Part shown: positions 34,181 through 39,947 of the stretch, one piece after another
Layout: each line of letters begins with the position of its first letter
Position numbering within the stretch: the stretch's first letter is position 1
From: a virus
Lineage: Duplodnaviria > Caudoviricetes
IMG/VR virus record: IMGVR_UViG_3300016722_000138
Coordinates: 1-39,947 of that record
Strand: one strand, 5' to 3'
Length of the DNA stretch: 39,947 bases
Notes under the pieces: model-generated
Databases searched by the model: none
Told to the model about the DNA's origin: nothing
What the model saw: the letters and a program-made list of their open reading frames with translations, nothing else
Program-made: the position numbers and the translations under genes

Positions 34181-34239
34181 ATTTGATTTTTCCTTTTCTT
34201 TGTTTTTGATAGCGCCTTATCCACGAGCAAAAGAGTTCG

Positions 34240-35187
34240 CTATCTCTTCTTATCGATTGCTTTTTCTACGATCAGCTCAACGTTGTTGCTTTCCCTTGAG
34301 AGGTTGTGGGTATAGATGGTAGTCGTGTTTATCGACTTGTGCCTAAGCACCATCTGGACCTCCTGGAACGTCGCCCCGTTCTGAAGCGCTATCGTCGCAC
34401 ATGTATGTCTCAAGCTGTGGGCCGTGTACCTTTTGTCGTCCAGGCCGATGAGCCTTAATAGGTTCTTGACCGAGAGCGACACGTTCTTCGGGCTTATTCG
34501 CCCATGGCAGTTATGGCTTCCGTGGTTGATGAACAGGGCCTCCGAGTCGCTGTCTCGCTTCTCGAGGTACTCATGCATCAGCTCCCAGACGGAATCCGGG
34601 ACCTTGATCGCGTCGTCCTTGTCGTCGTGGCCTTTGCCTTGCACGTAGAGGTAATTGGTGCCTTTCAAGGTGACCATGTCCTCGACGTCGGCCCTCGAGA
34701 CCTCTATGGTCCTCAGGCCAGTCTTGACTATCAGGTTGACGATCGCGTAGTCGCGGAGGTTCACTATCGACTTCTTGGCCCTTCTTTTGGCTTTGCCAAG
34801 CAAGTCCTGGACCTGCTCCACCGTCAGCGGTTCGCGTTTGAACGTCGAAACTATCTTCTCGCCTGTGAGGTCGGAGGAAACGTCCGGGTAATATCCCCTG
34901 CGTTCGCACCATTTGTAGAACTTTCTCAGTATCACCACGTACTTCTGGGTCGTCGCGCTGTGGCCGTTGTTCGCTTTGATATATTTCTTATATTTGACTA
35001 AATCAGACTCTTTTGGCTTTTCGATGCGATTCTGTTCAAGATAATTGACATATCTCCTAAGCATTCCTCCATACGAAACGACCGTATTGTCAGACAGATC
35101 CAGCGATGAGATGAAATCCTCGACAAGTTCTTTATGTGGCCTTGCGTGGGCCAGCATTTCTTCTCTTTCCCTAAACATGGGCGTCAT
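34240..35187 (-). CDS. Tyrosine recombinase (XerC/D-like, with SAM-like N-terminal domain)
   Basis: Intact catalytic set: TGLR, GKG, HSLRHT, LRH, TTIY. Confidence 0.93.
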   Translation of the reverse strand: MTPMFREREEMLAHARPHKELVEDFISSLDLSDNTVVSYGGMLRRYVNYLEQNRIEKPKESDLVKYKKYIKANNGHSATTQKYVVILRKFYKWCERRGYYPDVSSDLTGEKIVSTFKREPLTVEQVQDLLGKAKRRAKKSIVNLRDYAIVNLIVKTGLRTIEVSRADVEDMVTLKGTNYLYVQGKGHDDKDDAIKVPDSVWELMHEYLEKRDSDSEALFINHGSHNCHGRISPKNVSLSVKNLLRLIGLDDKRYTAHSLRHTCATIALQNGATFQEVQMVLRHKSINTTTIYTHNLSRESNNVELIVEKAIDKKR

Positions 35188-35468
35188 TCTTCCTTTTTAA
35201 TCCCGTTCATCTCATTGAGCTTCTGCTGATAATCAATCTCCATCTGACAGAGCTCATCTAAGGGAATGCCTAAGCAATCCGATATCGAAACGAGCCTTTT
35301 TGCATTCATTAGGTGGCCAAGTTTCCCAACTTCGATCTGGTTGTATGTAATCGGATCTATTTCACACTTGTCAGCCACTTTGGCTTGCGAAAGTCCTAAA
35401 ACATTTCGACGTTTTCTTAAGTAATCCCTTTTGAGATAAACAAACTTCTTGTTTTTCTTACATGACAT
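35184..35468 (-). CDS. Cro-like XRE HTH regulator
   Basis: LR..R..LGLSQ..VA..C.I....Y.QIE.G; divergent from cI. Confidence 0.8.
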   Translation of the reverse strand: MSCKKNKKFVYLKRDYLRKRRNVLGLSQAKVADKCEIDPITYNQIEVGKLGHLMNAKRLVSISDCLGIPLDELCQMEIDYQQKLNEMNGIKKEE

Positions 35469-35551
35469 CAAAGTACCTTCCTTTCTGTTTTTCTACCCCC
35501 GTGGAAAAGTAGATTGATCTCATTGTATTTTGTTAAGTAAGAAAAAATAAT

Positions 35552-35630
35552 TTAAGCGGGTTAAGTATTTGTGTTTTTCTTACAAATACGTAGTAAGTTT
35601 TGCTTATTTTTCATACTTTTTTGTTATAAT
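35552..35630 (+). promoter_or_regulatory. Genetic-switch region: candidate operator TTAAGCGGGTTAA and extended -10 (TGTTATAAT) for cI
   Basis: Near-palindrome at 35552-35564 repeated as TTAACCGGGTTAA at 36242-36254; TGnTATAAT at 35622-35630. Confidence 0.45.
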
Positions 35631-35656
35631 GGGATCGAAAGGCCGGTGACTCAATT

Positions 35657-36238
35657 ATGAAAATGGAAGAAACAACGATAAAAATTGCAGAAAACATCTC
35701 CAAAATACGAAAATCAAAAGGAATGTCAGCTAATGCCGTGGCAAAAGCCATAGGAAGAAGCATTGATACCTACTACTTTTATGAAGAAGGTCAAAGAGCG
35801 GTACCACTGCCTATACTCGTCAAATTAGCGAGCCTTTTCGAGGTTTCGTTGGACGACATCATTGAATCCAAGGCGACCATAAATAGAGCAAAATCCATCA
35901 ACTTCGACTGCTACAGCAATGGAAAAAAGGAAAGAATCCTGATCGACAGCCAGAACAACGAAGTGGTTTTCTATAAAGAGGACGAATGGACATTTAGATA
36001 CTACGTAAAATGTCTGGATGTCCGTTTCGATCATGAAATCCTTGTTTGCGAGCAAAACGATAATGCCTATCCAGCGATCGTGTCCTTTGACAAAAAAATC
36101 AACGTCTATTCAGTTTTCAATACCCTAACAAAGGAAACAAAGCTCCTAAAAACAAACAAATTCAAAAAGCAAATAACCATCCTCGGCGATTATGCAGGAA
36201 CAATAAAAAAAGAAATTCAGATCAAAGATTTCCTATGA
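35657..36238 (+). CDS. CI-like XRE-family repressor
   Basis: N-terminal HTH (I..IRK.KGMS...VA..IG.S...Y..YE.G.R..P...L..LA..F.VSLD). Confidence 0.8.
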   Translation: MKMEETTIKIAENISKIRKSKGMSANAVAKAIGRSIDTYYFYEEGQRAVPLPILVKLASLFEVSLDDIIESKATINRAKSINFDCYSNGKKERILIDSQNNEVVFYKEDEWTFRYYVKCLDVRFDHEILVCEQNDNAYPAIVSFDKKINVYSVFNTLTKETKLLKTNKFKKQITILGDYAGTIKKEIQIKDFL

Positions 36239-36349
36239 TACTTAACCGGGTTAAATTACCTTTTTGGCTTTTCGATGATATATTCTAATTGGCTTTTCGG
36301 TGTGAACCGATAATTTACATGTCTCCACCATTCTTCCAAAAGGAGGAAC

Positions 36350-36580
36350 ATGGAGACAATAAAAAAAGAAGATGCAAGGTTTGATGATTCAAACCCTTTT
36401 TGCATGGAATCGAAAATCAAATATGAAAGAGCCCTCGAGGTAAGGTTTCTCAGATTGAAGAAATCGGCAGACCTCATGAGGGCCGACGGGCTCCTCACAG
36501 ACAAGGAATGGATGAGTGTCATTCTTTCTTTAAGAAAGAAACTAGGCCTCACCATTGGTATTTTCAATGACTCTCATTGA
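36350..36580 (+). CDS. Small protein upstream of the serine recombinases (SHOCT-like)
   Basis: AGGAGG RBS; M...GLLT..E motif typical of small genes preceding tandem recombinases. Confidence 0.55.
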   Translation: METIKKEDARFDDSNPFCMESKIKYERALEVRFLRLKKSADLMRADGLLTDKEWMSVILSLRKKLGLTIGIFNDSH

Positions 36581-36633
36581 CTTGATAAAAATACCTTTTA
36601 GAGCGATGTATCTATCATGAGGAGGCCATAAAA

Positions 36634-38337
36634 ATGGAAGAAAGAAAAACGGTAATAGTAATACCAAAAATCGAAAAACCTTCAATCGATGAAAGCACGG
36701 GAATCAAGGCAAAGAAAAAGGTCTGTGCCTACGCCCGAGTCTCAACCGATCTTGAAGACCAGAAAAACAGCTTTGAGGCCCAGCTCGACGAATACTCGAC
36801 GAGGATCAAAGCCAACCCCGACTGGGAGTTCGTCAAGCTCTACTCCGACGAAGGCATATCGGGGACCAGCTACAAAAACCGAGAAGGGTTCAAGGAGATG
36901 CTGGAAGACGCCATGAATGGGAAAATCGACATGATTCTCACTAAATCGATATCCCGCTTTGCGAGAAACACGGTCGATTGCCTTACCATCGTTAGGAAAC
37001 TAAGGGCAAAAGGCGTCGAAGTAGTCTTCGAGAAAGAGACATTGTCATCTTTAGATGACCGTTGCGAGATGATGCTCACGATGTTCGCTTCTTTCGCTCA
37101 GGAGGAATCCCACAGCATAAGCGAGAATGTCAAATGGGGAATAAGAAAAAGAATGGCCAAGGGGACTAGGAAAATCAACGCCAACTACCTCCTTGGATAC
37201 TACATCGACGGAGAGGGCAAACTAGCCATCGACGAGGAAGAGGCGAAAATAGTCAGGCAGATCTATCAGCTTTTCATAGCGGGTTCGACATATCGCGAGA
37301 TATGTGAGGAAATGGAGAAAGGTGGGCATCTCACCCAAACCAAGAAAGAGACATGGACCGTAAACAACGTCCGCTCCATCCTCTCAAACGAGAAATACTG
37401 CGGGGACATACTCCAACAGAAGACCTACATCAGGGATTTCCTAGGCCACGAATCGGTCAAGAACAACGGTCAGGTCCAACAATACCTAATCGTCAGGAAT
37501 CACGAGCCAATCGTGTCAAAGGACACTTTCGTCTACATCCAGAACCTTAAAAAATACAGGATAAGCAATTACAACAACAGCATATCGAAATCAGGTAGCG
37601 GTCCCACCGCCGGGCTCCTTATCTGTTCCAATTGCCTAAGGGCGATGAAGAAGATTACCACCCATCCGGGAACCCCTTATTCAAGGGCCGTCCTGACCTG
37701 CAAGGCAGACCTCAAGAACCATGAGGGACATAAGGACTGCTCAATATGCAACACCTTATCCTACGACCTGACGGTCAAAGCCATAAAGGCCGTGCTCGAC
37801 TTGTTCGCGCGCAATAGCGACGACGAGATGCTGAAGGACGCTGTCTCGGAGGCAAAAGCCGAGACCGCTTTCTATGAAAGACAAACCGAAATCAAGCAAA
37901 GGATTAGCGAATCGGAGAAAGAGATGAAGGAGCTAATCAAGAAGCAAATCGAGGAATCGTCCGACCTTGGCGCTTATGCGAAAAGGTACAAGGAAATCCA
38001 GATGTTGATCGCCGAGGAAAAGCAGGAATTGGAAACGCTCAATCTTGATGAGTTCCGCAAACACGAAAGGAAGATAGTAAGCGCAAGAATCGACAGATAC
38101 ATAAGCGGAGACATTTCCCTTACCCCTATCGTGGTCAACGAATTCCTCTCAAAGGCCATAAGGAAAGGCGACAATTCAATCCGCTTCATCCTGAAGAGCC
38201 CCACCGCCACTGATGAATGGATACGAAACAACATGGCCGACATCCTCAGAATGAAAGCCGTCAAAAAAGGGACGGTCACAGACGGAGAGAACACCCTCTT
38301 CTATGACGTCGTCAGATTGGAGGATTCATTATGCTAA
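36634..38337 (+). CDS. Large serine recombinase 1
   Basis: YARVST, DEGISG, KSISRFARN, recombinase domain IL.NEKY.G, Zn ribbon C..C. Confidence 0.95.
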   Translation: MEERKTVIVIPKIEKPSIDESTGIKAKKKVCAYARVSTDLEDQKNSFEAQLDEYSTRIKANPDWEFVKLYSDEGISGTSYKNREGFKEMLEDAMNGKIDMILTKSISRFARNTVDCLTIVRKLRAKGVEVVFEKETLSSLDDRCEMMLTMFASFAQEESHSISENVKWGIRKRMAKGTRKINANYLLGYYIDGEGKLAIDEEEAKIVRQIYQLFIAGSTYREICEEMEKGGHLTQTKKETWTVNNVRSILSNEKYCGDILQQKTYIRDFLGHESVKNNGQVQQYLIVRNHEPIVSKDTFVYIQNLKKYRISNYNNSISKSGSGPTAGLLICSNCLRAMKKITTHPGTPYSRAVLTCKADLKNHEGHKDCSICNTLSYDLTVKAIKAVLDLFARNSDDEMLKDAVSEAKAETAFYERQTEIKQRISESEKEMKELIKKQIEESSDLGAYAKRYKEIQMLIAEEKQELETLNLDEFRKHERKIVSARIDRYISGDISLTPIVVNEFLSKAIRKGDNSIRFILKSPTATDEWIRNNMADILRMKAVKKGTVTDGENTLFYDVVRLEDSLC

Positions 38338-39947
38338 ACGTCAAATCGCTCCACCCATACGACGGAATAAACAAACTGAACGTCTGCGCATACGCAAGGA
38401 TATCGAGTGACAAAGAAGAACTCGAGACCAGCCTGAACGAACAAATCGATTTCTACACCACCACCATCCTCTCCGTCAATAAATGGAACTTCGCAGGAAT
38501 GTACGCCGACGACGGAATATCCGGCTCATCCATAAAAGGAAGGGTCCAATTCCAAACGATGATTGAAAAGGCCAGAGCGGGCGAAATTGACATCATCTTG
38601 GTGAAATCGATATCGAGGTTCGCTAGAAATGTCATCGACCTGCTTTCGATAATCCAAGAGTTAAGGGTGAACGGAGTCGAGGTTCTCTTTGAAAGAGAAG
38701 GATTGTCTTCCCTAGACGTCAAATGCGACTCTTACCTAACCATGTACGCAAAATTCGCCGAAGAGGAAATAGTCTCGATGAGCAAGAACGTCAACTGGAG
38801 GAATCAAAAGGACTTCAGGGACGGCAGATACAAGATCAACGCCAGCCAAATGCTCGGCTTCCGCTACGACGAGAACAGAAAAGTCGTCATCGACGAAGCC
38901 GGGGCCAAATGGATAAGGGAGATATTCAAGCGATACGCCGACGGGCAAACACCTGCCGAAATCGCAGAATTCTTGGAGGAAAACCATGTTAAAACAGGGG
39001 TTGGGAACCCAAAGTGGTCCTCAAGCTCGGTCCATGCCATCCTCCGCAACGAGAAATACGTGGGCGATGCCGTGATGCAGAAATTCTACATCGAAGACAA
39101 CCTTACCCATAGGCGAGTCACAAACAGCGGTCAGAAAGATAAATACTACGTGAAAGACGGCCATGAAGGAATCGTCGACAGGTCCACTTGGGATAAGGTC
39201 CAGAAAATGATTAGCGCGAACGCAAGGAAATACAAAATCTTCAAAGGAAACTCGCAGGACTTCGTGACCGAGTATACGCATTTCGGCTATTGCCCCTACT
39301 GCCACGGGAACTACAGCGCGAAATGGAACCGAGACGTCCGAATGCTCTATTGCGGTTCGAACAGGACTAGGAAACTATGCAAAAACAGCGAGTCCGTCTT
39401 CGTAGAAGGCCTCGACAAGATAATCCCGATTCAAATCAAGAAGCTCAAGGAGAATGAACCTTTGTTTAAAGAGGCTTTGTTGAAGGTTTTTAAAGAGGAT
39501 CGGTCGGAAACCCAACGCAACCAAATAAAAGCCTTAGAAGGCGAGTTAGAGGCCCTGCGTGCCAAGTCAATCAAGTTCTCTAGGTACAAGGACCCGGCCT
39601 TCGATGAATTAAAAGCAGAAATCAAAAGAAGCATCTCCTTAAAAGCGAAAGAAAAAATGCTGATAGAGAACGAGATAATCACAAAGATGAATCCTCAAGC
39701 CAGAGCGAAAAACATAATAACAGAGCTGAGAAATTGTCCGGATGGCGATTCCATTGGAGAGTATGAGTTTAAAAAGCTCTTCAAAAGGGTCGTCATTTAC
39801 AAAAGGGATAAACTGGTCTTCATCATTGGGAGCGATGACATGTCAAAACTCCCGAAGAAAACGGAGCCTTCCTTCTCTTGCAGTTACAAGTACAAGATCA
39901 GAAAGACGACGTTCATCTGCAATTTCGGTATTTACATCAATCGTTAA
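38331..39947 (+). CDS. Large serine recombinase 2
   Basis: YARISS, DDGISG, KSISRFARN, ILRNEKYVG, CPYC Zn ribbon. Confidence 0.95.
   Translation: MLNVKSLHPYDGINKLNVCAYARISSDKEELETSLNEQIDFYTTTILSVNKWNFAGMYADDGISGSSIKGRVQFQTMIEKARAGEIDIILVKSISRFARNVIDLLSIIQELRVNGVEVLFEREGLSSLDVKCDSYLTMYAKFAEEEIVSMSKNVNWRNQKDFRDGRYKINASQMLGFRYDENRKVVIDEAGAKWIREIFKRYADGQTPAEIAEFLEENHVKTGVGNPKWSSSSVHAILRNEKYVGDAVMQKFYIEDNLTHRRVTNSGQKDKYYVKDGHEGIVDRSTWDKVQKMISANARKYKIFKGNSQDFVTEYTHFGYCPYCHGNYSAKWNRDVRMLYCGSNRTRKLCKNSESVFVEGLDKIIPIQIKKLKENEPLFKEALLKVFKEDRSETQRNQIKALEGELEALRAKSIKFSRYKDPAFDELKAEIKRSISLKAKEKMLIENEIITKMNPQARAKNIITELRNCPDGDSIGEYEFKKLFKRVVIYKRDKLVFIIGSDDMSKLPKKTEPSFSCSYKYKIRKTTFICNFGIYINR

Larger units (their letters stand above)
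1..39947. mobile_element. Temperate siphovirus-like prophage (near-complete; att sites and any endolysin lie outside the window or are absent)
   Basis: Colinear lysogeny, replication, packaging, head, tail and holin modules. The window starts and ends exactly at gene stops. Confidence 0.95.

Overview
This window holds an almost complete temperate siphovirus-type (HK97-fold, probably cos-packaging) prophage from a low-GC Gram-positive (Bacillota-like) host. The host assignment is inferred from RBS/promoter style and gene families. From the right end: two tandem large serine recombinases and a small partner gene, then a cI-like repressor (+ strand). On the - strand follow a cro-like gene, a tyrosine recombinase, BRO antirepressor, excisionase, DUF4373-type replication initiator and a sigma-70 region 4/ArpU-like activator. 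Next is a ~10.5 kb AT-rich cargo region of three modules: (i) an AccI-like restriction-modification locus with an extra nuclease-like gene, (ii) a 1799-aa multi-glycosyltransferase/kinase-like/methyltransferase/SLOG protein plus a UDP-sugar dehydrogenase, and (iii) a SEL1-repeat gene. Modules (i) and (ii) each end in the same 92-bp element. Then come a structured leader, ParB-DNA methyltransferase, small genes, metK, HNH/cos, a displaced BppU-LRR receptor-binding module, terminase, portal, protease and capsid. After the capsid gene lie a 33-nt-period non-coding repeat array, head-tail and tail genes (with a likely +1 frameshift), a nucleotidyltransferase and two holin-like genes. No endolysin, att sites, tRNA or CRISPR array is visible. 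The best candidates for undescribed biology are the repeat-delimited cassette array with the extra tyrosine recombinase, the giant glycosyltransferase-SLOG system, and the post-capsid repeat RNA. All family assignments come from motif recognition by eye; no searches were run.
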